Source: a virus
DNA: 48,901 bases
IMG/VR virus record: IMGVR_UViG_3300040801_000836
Span: 1 to 48,901 of that record
Direction: 5' to 3' (one strand)
Shown here: in pieces, positions 6,675 to 13,700 of the stretch
Position numbering within the stretch: position 1 is the first letter of the stretch
Layout of the letters: the number at the start of each line of letters is the position of its first letter
Made by a program: the position numbers and the translations under genes
Notes under the pieces: model-generated
Told to the model about the DNA's origin: nothing
The model's database searches: none
The model's input: only the letters and a program-made list of their open reading frames with translations

Positions 6675-7853
6675 TTAGATATCGGCAAGAGCATCAAGTT
6701 CCTCGTTCTCTGCTTTCAATTCCTCGAGTATCGGGGCCATAGAGCGGCTGGTTTCGAGCCATGTTTTAAGGTCGGCGGCTGGCAACTTGTTAGCAATCTT
6801 TTCGATGTCTATAAGCATCTTGTTGATTTGCTTAGTTGTCAGTTCGGAAGTCTCTTTTTCATCGCCCAACTTCTTGTCGTCCTCTGCTTTTTTCTTGTCG
6901 GCGGCTTCTTTCCCGATTGCCATGTTTACGCGACCAAAGGAAGCGGCGGCGGTGTTGACATAGTGACCAATACCCTTTGTACCACTCTCTTTTTCCTGCT
7001 TATAAACTGCCTGATATCCCATAGGCTTGAACTCAGTTGTGAAAGTGCCGTCCCCGTTGTCCACTTCAACAGTGGCAGGATTGCCTTTCGCGTCCTTTCC
7101 AATCGGCCATAATCCCTCAGCCATCAGCGCCCGAGTCAATGGGACAACAGAAAAACCGTACTTCTCGCCAACGTTTTTCCACAGTTCGTGCCTTGCGCTT
7201 GCCAGTTTTTCATCACGTTCGGCGGCTGCTTTTACTTCGTCATAGGCAGGTGTTTTGCCTTCGCCCGCCGGATTTACTGGCATAACGGGGGCGGGTTTCG
7301 CGGCTTCTTCTGCTGCTTTTGCGGCTGCTTTCGCGGCGGCGTCGGCTGCTTTCTTGTCGGCTGCTGCTTTCTTGTCGGCGGCTTTCTTGTCGGCGGCTGC
7401 TTTCGCGGCTGCTGCTTTCTTGTCGGCTGCTGTTGCTGCTTTTTTCTCTGCTGCTGTTGCCATGGTATTTCCCTTGTTTGGTGTTTTGCCCTTTGGGGCT
7501 GTTTTCGCGGCAGGCTTGTCGGCTGCTGCGGCTGGTTTATTATCTGTTGTGGCAGGTTTTGCTGCTGCTGTAACTGCTGCTTTCGCGGCTTTCTCAATTA
7601 CTGCAATCTGACCAATTATAGCGGTGTCAGTTGTACCATCAAGCTTGACAACAAGCTTACTATTACCCTGCTTTATGCTGCTGTTGCTGATTACAACAGT
7701 TTTAGCAGTAAAGCGGACCTGCGTTCCTACGGGGCTTAACGCAGTATCATCTTTTACCGTCCATCCCTGTACTTTTCCTAATTTGTTCAGGGTAGTGGTA
7801 GTAGTAGCGTTCAAGTTTGCTGCCTGCTTTGCGGTGTTGTTAGTTTTTGCCAT
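6675..7853 (-). CDS. Ala/Lys-repeat protein (392 aa) with a histone H1/AlgP-like AADKKA tract between two unique domains
   Basis: Track ORF with SD AAAGGGGA. The central tract reads AAEKKAATAADKKAAAAKAAADKKAADKKAAADKKAADAAAKAAAKAA. The gene has its own promoter and terminator. Confidence 0.85.
   Translation of the reverse strand: MAKTNNTAKQAANLNATTTTTLNKLGKVQGWTVKDDTALSPVGTQVRFTAKTVVISNSSIKQGNSKLVVKLDGTTDTAIIGQIAVIEKAAKAAVTAAAKPATTDNKPAAAADKPAAKTAPKGKTPNKGNTMATAAEKKAATAADKKAAAAKAAADKKAADKKAAADKKAADAAAKAAAKAAEEAAKPAPVMPVNPAGEGKTPAYDEVKAAAERDEKLASARHELWKNVGEKYGFSVVPLTRALMAEGLWPIGKDAKGNPATVEVDNGDGTFTTEFKPMGYQAVYKQEKESGTKGIGHYVNTAAASFGRVNMAIGKEAADKKKAEDDKKLGDEKETSELTTKQINKMLIDIEKIANKLPAADLKTWLETSRSMAPILEELKAENEELDALADI
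7298..7592 (-). repeat. Coding low-complexity / imperfect tandem repeats (GCTGCTTTCTTGTCGGC-type units encoding AADKKA and KPAA)
   Basis: Repeated 15-21 nt units are visible in the sequence. They generate several spurious mirror ORFs in other frames. Confidence 0.8.
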
Positions 7854-7973
7854 GATTTTTCCCCTTTCTTCTGATTTTTCGATGTTTCCTGCCTTATGGC
7901 TGTTGTATGGGATTTATCCCCCTATGGGACCGCAATCCCCCGCCACCGCTGCGTCAGCCGCGATGGCAAGGCC

Positions 7974-8002
7974 ATCTTAACCGATTAAAATAGTATTGTC
8001 AA
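7974..8002 (-). promoter_or_regulatory. Sigma70-like promoter of the Ala/Lys-repeat gene (TTGACA-17-TAAGAT) with an A/T UP-like tract
   Basis: On the minus strand the -35 is at 8002..7997 and the -10 TAAGAT at 7979..7974. The segment 7996..8024 is nearly duplicated at 6490..6528 (TTGTCAATAG...CAAAATAAAAATAATTT). Confidence 0.6.
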
Positions 8003-8037
8003 TAGGCAAAAATAAAAATAATTTCCCCCGGTCTTGT

Positions 8038-8052
8038 AACTAACTGTTAGTT
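8038..8052. repeat. Palindrome copy, 1-nt spacer, intergenic
   Basis: TAACTAACTGTTAGTTA, 36 nt upstream of the -35 of promoter 7974..8002. Confidence 0.95.
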
Positions 8053-8060
8053 AGCCTATC

Positions 8061-8073
8061 CGATAAGTTGTTA
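8061..8073 (+). repeat. 13-nt direct repeat CGATAAGTTGTTA (second copy at 8197..8209)
   Basis: Exact match read in the sequence. Confidence 0.8.
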
Positions 8074-8114
8074 TCAATTGTAACACAGTGGTTTTATTGC
8101 TTATTTCCCTGTGT

Positions 8115-8139
8115 AGTTGTTACGATATCGCCCACGTAA
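8115..8139 (+). repeat. 25-nt direct repeat AGTTGTTACGATATcGcCCACGTAA (second copy at 8202..8226, 23/25 identical)
   Basis: Aligned by eye. Contains the TGTTAC and CCACGT boxes. Confidence 0.8.
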
Positions 8140-8196
8140 AATAATGTCCCTAATGTGTTACCTTTTGACCCACGTCGCACCTATCTTGTCAGGCAA

Positions 8197-8226
8197 CGAT
8201 AAGTTGTTACGATATTGACCACGTAA
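8197..8226 (+). repeat. Second copies of the 13-nt and 25-nt direct repeats
   Basis: The sequence CGATAAGTTGTTACGATATTGACCACGTAA combines both repeat units. Confidence 0.8.
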
Positions 8227-8274
8227 CACCACGTCAATACCGGCGGCTTGATTCGTTGCTGTTACCTAATGTTT

Positions 8275-8289
8275 AACTAACTGTTAGTT
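8275..8289. repeat. Palindrome copy, 1-nt spacer, ORF-poor region
   Basis: TAACTAACTGTTAGTT. Confidence 0.95.
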
Positions 8290-8369
8290 GTGGAATATAT
8301 ATGCTGTTTTTGTAACTGACCTTATGACTGTTGTGTTATGAAACCGGCGGCGGCTAAAAATGGGTGACA

Positions 8370-8378
8370 TGTTATAAT
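8370..8378 (+). promoter_or_regulatory. Extended -10 promoter candidate TGtTATAAT (rightward) overlapping a TGACAT box
   Basis: TG-n-TATAAT at 8370..8378. No good -35 and no downstream ORF. Confidence 0.3.
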
Positions 8379-8454
8379 TGCAATAAAACCAAGTAGATAG
8401 CTGGTATATGTCATTACATGTCATGGTGTTAAGTGTCCGTTATTGTTTGATAAA

Positions 8455-8481
8455 TGACATGTGTGACATGTGTGACATGTG
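8455..8481 (+). repeat. Tandem TGACATGTG x3 (9-nt period)
   Basis: TGACATGTGTGACATGTGTGACATGTG read directly. Confidence 0.9.
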
Positions 8482-8491
8482 GTATCTTTCT

Positions 8492-8521
8492 TTGATAGAA
8501 AAGAGAGAAAGAGAATATAAT
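8492..8521 (+). promoter_or_regulatory. Sigma70-like promoter candidate TTGATA-18-TATAAT (rightward) inside the ORF-poor region
   Basis: -35 TTGATA at 8492..8497 and -10 TATAAT at 8516..8521. TGACAT/ATGTCAT arrays flank it on both sides. Confidence 0.35.
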
Positions 8522-8576
8522 ATTTCCCTATAAGAGTTTGTCGGCGGTGCCTGCCTATGTCATTAATGTCATTGTT

Positions 8577-8595
8577 CAATGATATCACACACTTA
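8577..8595 (+). repeat. 19-nt direct repeat CAAT(G/A)ATATCACACACTTA (second copy at 8643..8661)
   Basis: 18/19 identical, 66 nt apart. Confidence 0.8.
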
Positions 8596-8727
8596 TATAT
8601 GTCACCTTTTACTTTGAAGTATGGCACCAGTTTGTCATTATCCAATAATATCACACACTTACAAATGACCAATGGAGCAACTAGGCAACGAATCAATCTG
8701 CCTGCCTGCCTGTGCTGCTGCTTTCAT

Positions 8728-8743
8728 AACTAACTTGTTAGTT
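8728..8743. repeat. Palindrome copy, 2-nt spacer (TT), ORF-poor region
   Basis: AACTAACTTGTTAGTT. Confidence 0.95.
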
Positions 8744-8800
8744 GTCCTGTCTGATTCGTAACATGGCTATATCGTGCCTGCTTATGTTACCATGTTGACA

Positions 8801-8818
8801 CCATAACGCCCGCCTGCC
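8801..8818 (+). repeat. 18-nt direct repeat CCATAACGCCCGCCTGCC (second copy at 8833..8850)
   Basis: Exact match, 32-nt period. Confidence 0.85.
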
Positions 8819-8896
8819 TGCCTTGCTACGATCCATAACGCCCGCCTGCCCGACTGAGCGCTCAATCGCCGATGTTTATCTGACCGCCACCCAGAC

Positions 8897-8921
8897 GGGG
8901 CCGGGGGGGAAAACGCGGGGG
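8897..8921 (+). other. G-run cluster with G-quadruplex potential (GGGG-CC-GGGGGGG-AAAACGC-GGGGG)
   Basis: Read directly. A C-run cluster follows at 8926..8947. Confidence 0.4.
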
Positions 8922-9026
8922 CCGCCACACCCCCACCCATGCACCCGCATAAAATTTTACCAATTTTCAAAAGTGACCCCCTAGCTGTGCGAAGAGTTAC
9001 TATACTGCACCAAAACCACACAACTT

Positions 9027-9041
9027 AACTAACAGTTAGTT
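9027..9041. repeat. Palindrome copy, 1-nt spacer, ORF-poor region
   Basis: TAACTAACAGTTAGTTA. Confidence 0.95.
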
Positions 9042-9181
9042 ATAAACTCTACATTGGCACCCTACACGACAAGTTAACTTGATTCTGTTACAATTCCAAT
9101 ACGTAACACTCTCCACGAGCGGGCGTAATGGATCGTAACAACCCTCCTATTCTACCACAATGTGACATCCGGCACCAAACC

Positions 9182-9216
9182 CCCGACCAATCAGACCCCA
9201 ATACCCGACCAATCAG
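9182..9216 (+). repeat. Two copies of CCCGACCAATCAG (9182..9194 and 9204..9216), part of a degenerate (A/T)ATCAG repeat field
   Basis: Exact 13-nt repeat with a 22-nt period. Further CAATCAG, CATCAG, TATCAG and GATATCAGC copies run up to 9447. Confidence 0.8.
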
Positions 9217-9487
9217 GCACCAACAGGCTAAAATCTAAAATTACCTATGTCTATCAAATTCGTAGATATCAGCAAAGAGCAGGCCCACGCACCCCGATAC
9301 ACCGACCCCCTACTCAATCAGGCTCAGACCTACCAAAATCGTAGCTATCAAAAGTCCATCAGACCCAAACAGACTTCAGATCCACAGGACAAAAACTATC
9401 AGGCCACACACACCTGTACAATAACTATTTTATCTAATGATATCAGCTACTTACGTTAACTGCTCGGACGATGAAAAAATAATTAGA

Positions 9488-9516
9488 TTGACTTCTAAAT
9501 TTTTTGGCTATATACT
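9488..9516 (+). promoter_or_regulatory. Sigma70-like promoter of the rightward packaging/structural block (TTGACT-17-TATACT)
   Basis: -35 at 9488..9493 and -10 at 9511..9516, with an upstream GAAAAAATAATTAG A/T tract. It lies about 65 nt upstream of the TerS start. Confidence 0.6.
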
Positions 9517-9580
9517 TAGCAAAATATGTGCCAGAACATTCGAAGAATGACTGACATGTTAACACAGGGGAGGAAAAACT

Positions 9581-10039
9581 ATGAATAACATAACCATGCA
9601 CGATCCAATGCTTACAGACATGTTGGCTGATATGTACTTTGCCGTTAATGAGGAAGAGAAGAATATCCCAACTGTTCCCGGTCTTGCTCTTGCCATTGGA
9701 TTTAACCGGACGAAAGACATCACCGACGCGCTCAAGGCTTATGAGGAAGACGCAAGCCACTACCCGCAGGCGAGCATGGAGATTCTTATCCGGTGTCTTA
9801 CAAGAATAGAGGACAACTACGTTCAGAATGGACTGAAGAGTAAATTCCCGGCAGCTCTAGTGAAGTTCTGTCTTGGGACTTACCACGACAGGCAGGAGAA
9901 AGAGCCGCCGAAGCAACTTGGGGAGTTCAACAACTTTACAATTGTCTTTGAGCAACCGAAGCAACTTGATGTTGTACAGCAACGCCAGCTACAGCAGCCA
10001 GCAGGACCAGTAATTGAATTGCAGAATGTTGCGAATTAG
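9581..10039 (+). CDS. Terminase small subunit candidate (152 aa)
   Basis: SD GGGGAGG. IPTVPGLALAIGFNRTKDITDAL resembles the HTH segment of Terminase_2-type small subunits. It is the first gene of the packaging block. Confidence 0.6.
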   Translation: MNNITMHDPMLTDMLADMYFAVNEEEKNIPTVPGLALAIGFNRTKDITDALKAYEEDASHYPQASMEILIRCLTRIEDNYVQNGLKSKFPAALVKFCLGTYHDRQEKEPPKQLGEFNNFTIVFEQPKQLDVVQQRQLQQPAGPVIELQNVAN

Positions 10040-10069
10040 CATAATTCAACAGCCAAGCTAACTAACAGT

Positions 10070-10084
10070 TAGTTGACTACAACC
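10070..10084. repeat. Palindrome copy, 1-nt spacer, intergenic
   Basis: TAACTAACAGTTAGTT, after the TerS candidate. Confidence 0.95.
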
Positions 10085-10111
10085 CATTAACCCACCAACC
10101 AAGGAGACAAC

Positions 10112-10378
10112 ATGTCAACAGCACTAACATTAACTTCAGCGTCAGTACCATCAACCACCTTCCATGCAGCAGACTCACTATCTCAAGTAAGGGTAACCGG
10201 CGTTTATGAAGGTCAGATAGAACTTCAGGAGTCGATACCCGGCGAGGACGAGTGGGACACCATATTGACTATACGGGGTACACAAGGGGTGGTCATCAAC
10301 ACACCTGACAGTGCTATGGACCTCAGAGTTAAACCACTTATTCAGTCGGGAACCGCTAAATTTTACTTTGGACCGTGA
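10112..10378 (+). CDS. Hypothetical protein (88 aa)
   Basis: Track ORF with SD AAGGAG. Confidence 0.7.
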   Translation: MSTALTLTSASVPSTTFHAADSLSQVRVTGVYEGQIELQESIPGEDEWDTILTIRGTQGVVINTPDSAMDLRVKPLIQSGTAKFYFGP

Positions 10379-12201
10379 TCATGGGACGAATAATAGCTAA
10401 GGCTTGCTCTAGAACGGAGCCGCGTGCGGCGAACAGACCCAGATCCTTACTTCCCCTGCCGAATAAGGGGGATATCCTCGCACTTTTCCGTGGATCAGAC
10501 CCAACAGGTGAATATCTAATCGATTCCCGCCCGTTGCAGGAAGGTGATACAAGGAATAACTTAAATGTCTATGGGTATACTGTTGATTGGGATGGGGCTA
10601 CCTCCAGTGTTTTGGCTTACCCGATAGTATTGACAGGCGACTTCGAGATAGAAATAGTTACTCTGCTTACTAACTATACTTCCAACAGAGCATGGCTTGG
10701 AAATTCAACAGTTGATGAGGGGATACTAAGAGTAGAAACATCTGGAATAATTAAGGTGTTTATAGATGGTTCTAGTTTCGCACTGACCTCTTTAGTAGTA
10801 CCTTTAGGCGAGTTGTTTAAGTTAACTATAGCGAGAGAGGGTGATGTCTATTCTTCCAAGTTACTAAACCTAGAGACAGACGAGTTACAGTCAAGGTCTG
10901 ATACGGTAGTAAAGGCTGACCCTACCTTTAATATCTCTGAGATAGGATGCAGATCTGATGGTACATTAGATAGATTCGATGGACAGATACACAGAGTTTC
11001 TGTTAAAGACGAGAGTAATCAGACAGTGCTTGATGTAATCCTCGAATCCGCCAAAGACTCCACCGAACCCTACGCCTACGACAGAGTAACAGGTCAGCAA
11101 GTAACATTTGATGGCTATACAGTCTCTCCGTGGAAAGCTAGGAAGTCTGGAAGTCTCTTGCTTGCTTGTGGATTCGTTGATAATGATCCTGTTAATCTAG
11201 GATACATTCCAGCATCTCTAACTAACCCGTTAGTTGATCCTTTCGGCAACGCACTGACCCATCTTCCAGGCAAGGTATATCCAGACAGTCATATAGAACT
11301 GGAAGCACCCGATAGCGCTGAGTTGCTTGCTGCTGATACTGAGAGTCAGTTGGCTGAAGAGCTTATTAAAGATCCAGGGTTCGATGGATTGGGATGGTGG
11401 CTGGAGACTGTCTCAGCAGAGATAAGCGGTGGGAAGTTAAATGTTACTGACTCTGCCACAGGGGCGCAAGGTGTTAATAAGTCTTTTGTACTAGAGGTAG
11501 GTAAGTTCTATCAGATAGGTATAGATGTTGATTATCTATCTGAGGGGAATATCAAAGTGTATTGTGGTATAGGTTCTGTTGAAACAATAGGCTTAGGACA
11601 GAACCAAACCTTTATACTTGAGTGCATAGGAGATCACGTTTTCAGGGTCTATGGCAGTGTTGGAGGTCAATCCTATACTGTAGATAATGTATCAGTACGT
11701 GAAGTCAAAGATCCAATCAACCTATGGTACGAGGACAACGAGGATAAGAATGTTGTGCTTCCTTCTGACTTAGCGAACTTATGGAACAATCCTACCGCTA
11801 CTGCTCCTGATCCTAATATAGCTACATGGGATCAAGCTACTGGTATAGGTAGGATAGTAGCCACTATTGGCGACAATACTTACCTCAGCGTTCCTGGGGT
11901 TGTTGAAATAGGGGCTACATATAGAGTCAAGTATGAGGTACTTGAGACAGATGGAGGATCTTTAGCTCTTACGACTTTAGAAGGATATGTTCTTACAGAA
12001 TCCGTAGAGATAGATCTTGTAGCTAATGACGATTACCTACAGATAAAGAGGTCTACACTCTGCGATGTTACTTTCAAGTTATCTATAACTCGTTCGTATA
12101 ACGACCAATACTTTTACGGTGAACGAGCCTTGTTGATTTTTAAAGAGCCACGCACAACAGAGAACGCAGCAAAAGCAACAACATACGTTAAACCTTTTTA
12201 G
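10375..12201 (+). CDS. Large LamG/concanavalin-like plus CBM-like repeat protein (608 aa), putative glycan-binding
   Basis: GTGA overlap with the upstream gene. The N-terminal half looks like a lectin/LamG jelly-roll, and two C-terminal segments resemble CBM4/9-type modules (my reading, not searched). Contains an in-frame palindrome (TNPLV). Confidence 0.7.
   Translation: MIMGRIIAKACSRTEPRAANRPRSLLPLPNKGDILALFRGSDPTGEYLIDSRPLQEGDTRNNLNVYGYTVDWDGATSSVLAYPIVLTGDFEIEIVTLLTNYTSNRAWLGNSTVDEGILRVETSGIIKVFIDGSSFALTSLVVPLGELFKLTIAREGDVYSSKLLNLETDELQSRSDTVVKADPTFNISEIGCRSDGTLDRFDGQIHRVSVKDESNQTVLDVILESAKDSTEPYAYDRVTGQQVTFDGYTVSPWKARKSGSLLLACGFVDNDPVNLGYIPASLTNPLVDPFGNALTHLPGKVYPDSHIELEAPDSAELLAADTESQLAEELIKDPGFDGLGWWLETVSAEISGGKLNVTDSATGAQGVNKSFVLEVGKFYQIGIDVDYLSEGNIKVYCGIGSVETIGLGQNQTFILECIGDHVFRVYGSVGGQSYTVDNVSVREVKDPINLWYEDNEDKNVVLPSDLANLWNNPTATAPDPNIATWDQATGIGRIVATIGDNTYLSVPGVVEIGATYRVKYEVLETDGGSLALTTLEGYVLTESVEIDLVANDDYLQIKRSTLCDVTFKLSITRSYNDQYFYGERALLIFKEPRTTENAAKATTYVKPF
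11220..11235. repeat. Palindrome copy, 2-nt spacer (CC), intragenic
   Basis: AACTAACCCGTTAGTT, read as TNPLV in the 608-aa ORF. Confidence 0.95.
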
Positions 12202-12215
12202 GTGTAAAAAGTAGT

Positions 12216-12230
12216 AACTAACTGTTAGTT
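12216..12230. repeat. Palindrome copy, 1-nt spacer, intergenic
   Basis: TAACTAACTGTTAGTTA, followed by SD AAGGAG. Confidence 0.95.
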
Positions 12231-12246
12231 AAACAAGGAGAGCAGA

Positions 12247-12675
12247 ATGAAAAAAGTTTTACTTGCTGTAGCCGCAACCCTGTTACTCGGTCCGTATGCA
12301 GTACAAGCGGCGGAGGATTGCTTTAGCTGGAAGTACACGCAGAATGACAATGCCACGGCTTATCGAATCTATCGTGACCCGAGCACTGACGTTCAGTTTG
12401 TGTTTCCAGACTTCGCGAAAGAAGCAGTTTGTCCAGATCCAGACAACGCAGACCGGTGTAAAGCGTGTGTTACGAAGCTTGAAGATGGGCGCAACCACAG
12501 ATTCGCAGCTACTGCCTATAACAGTGTCACAGATCAGGAATCGGATTTCAGTCAATATGTCGATGTTATGTACGATGGTGTGAAGACGGAAATGCCTCCC
12601 GTACAACAGGGTCCGACTGCACCTGAAGTTCTTCAATATTTGATTGAAGCAACAATTAAGAAGATCGTGCAATGA
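12247..12675 (+). CDS. Secreted protein with signal peptide, FN3-like (142 aa)
   Basis: SD AAGGAG. Signal peptide MKKVLLAVAATLLLGPYAVQA followed by AEDC. AYRIYR and ATAYNS strand patterns. Confidence 0.75.
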   Translation: MKKVLLAVAATLLLGPYAVQAAEDCFSWKYTQNDNATAYRIYRDPSTDVQFVFPDFAKEAVCPDPDNADRCKACVTKLEDGRNHRFAATAYNSVTDQESDFSQYVDVMYDGVKTEMPPVQQGPTAPEVLQYLIEATIKKIVQ

Positions 12676-13196
12676 GAACAGTGCTTGCGTACCTCGCTGC
12701 TGCACTCACCGCTGCCTCAGTATTTGCCGCGTTTGCTCGCGCTGAAGTTCCACCTGTTAAGCAGCCGCCGAACGCACCTTCGGGGTTGATGATCACAACT
12801 ACAGTGCAGGATAACACCCCGAACTTGCTTGATCCTGAAGGTTGGGTATTAACTTATGGCAAGCGTGAGGGTTGTACAGTAGATATTACCAGTGACAGTA
12901 TCACCATGACAAGAACAACTACTGGCTGGCCTCCATGCGGGGTCAGTCAGCAGATTCCTTCAGCCTCCGGTGAACGGTTCGTATTTACCGCCGCCGTAGC
13001 AGAGAACACGGACAAGTCAGAGGTCTACACAGACTTCGATGGCTCTATTTTCAATGAGGGTATAGGTCAAAGGACGGATATATTAACATCTAAATACCCA
13101 AAATTCACCATATGGTTGCAGACGTATACTAAAGACGCGAGTAAGTTACCGATAACAACAACATGGAGGAACATTAAGTTAAGGAGACTTGATTGA
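12672..13196 (+). CDS. Secreted protein with signal peptide (174 aa)
   Basis: ATGA overlap with the upstream gene. Signal peptide MRTVLAYLAAALTAASVFAAFARA. Confidence 0.75.
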   Translation: MRTVLAYLAAALTAASVFAAFARAEVPPVKQPPNAPSGLMITTTVQDNTPNLLDPEGWVLTYGKREGCTVDITSDSITMTRTTTGWPPCGVSQQIPSASGERFVFTAAVAENTDKSEVYTDFDGSIFNEGIGQRTDILTSKYPKFTIWLQTYTKDASKLPITTTWRNIKLRRLD

Positions 13197-13433
13197 TTGG
13201 AGGAATTGGACAGGGATTCAACACGATACACTGATAAACATGGTATAGAAATAAAACGGGGGGATACCGTTATAGATCCAGAGGGTTTCTTTGGATCTGT
13301 TGTTTTTGTAAATTGTGCTTGGAGATATGATATTAATGGGGGCCAATATCTTAACTCCAATTCCTCCCTCTTATTTAGCGACAGTAAAAAGCCGAAAGAT
13401 TTTGTCGTTATAAACAAAGAAGCCCCATTGTAA
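13197..13433 (+). CDS. Hypothetical protein (78 aa, TTG start)
   Basis: Track ORF that abuts the upstream stop. AAGGAG lies 10 nt upstream. The start is uncertain. Confidence 0.5.
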   Translation: MEELDRDSTRYTDKHGIEIKRGDTVIDPEGFFGSVVFVNCAWRYDINGGQYLNSNSSLLFSDSKKPKDFVVINKEAPL

Positions 13434-13442
13434 GGAGTGCGA

Positions 13443-13700
13443 ATGAGTACGTTGTTGATGGTTTTACAGATTATACCAGCGCTATTGGAAATCATATCTT
13501 CAGTTGAGAAGATGATCCCTGAAGGGAACAAAGGCAAGGAGAAACTTGGCATGGTCAAGGATATTGTTGCTGTTTCCTATGAAGGGGCTAATGAGATAAT
13601 GCCGCAGGTTGAGAAGATAGTTAATATTGCAGTCCACACGGCGAACAAAACCGGCGCGTTCAAGAAGCCACTGCCGCCCCCGGCCCCACCTTGTAACTAA
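13443..13700 (+). CDS. Small protein with an N-terminal hydrophobic helix (85 aa), faintly LL-H holin-like
   Basis: I prefer the ATG at 13443 (SD AAGGAG 5 nt upstream) over the track's GTG at 13437. The TAA stop lies inside palindrome 13695..13710. Confidence 0.65.
   Translation: MSTLLMVLQIIPALLEIISSVEKMIPEGNKGKEKLGMVKDIVAVSYEGANEIMPQVEKIVNIAVHTANKTGAFKKPLPPPAPPCN

Noticed and set aside
6828-7980. Multiple ORFs in other frames across the Ala/Lys-repeat gene (for example 7188..7739, 7255..7611, 7274..7597)
   Set aside because: They are mirror or shifted readings of the GCNGCN/AAG repeat DNA (poly-Cys/Phe, poly-Ala, poly-Gln products). Only the 6675..7853 minus frame has an SD, a promoter and unique flanking domains.
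8557-8733. A 58-codon plus-strand ORF that ends at the TAA inside palindrome 8728..8743 and lies downstream of the promoter candidate at 8492..8521
   Set aside because: It is tempting because it terminates like real genes. However, it has no SD, it starts inside an ATGTCAT box, and its sequence is just a translation of the 19-nt and ATGTCA repeats. It is kept only as a remote possibility.
8795-8800. Plus-strand TTGACA at 8795 as a -35 element
   Set aside because: No acceptable -10 lies 16-19 nt downstream (the sequence there is GC-rich repeat).
8421-9459. Track ORFs 8421..8696(-), 8782..9021(-), 9162..9344(+) and 9247..9459(+) in the ORF-poor region
   Set aside because: They have no SD, their products mirror the DNA repeats (CHTCHTCH, internal duplications, Pro/Gln/Thr runs), and they overlap the repeat families. 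I treat the region as non-coding.
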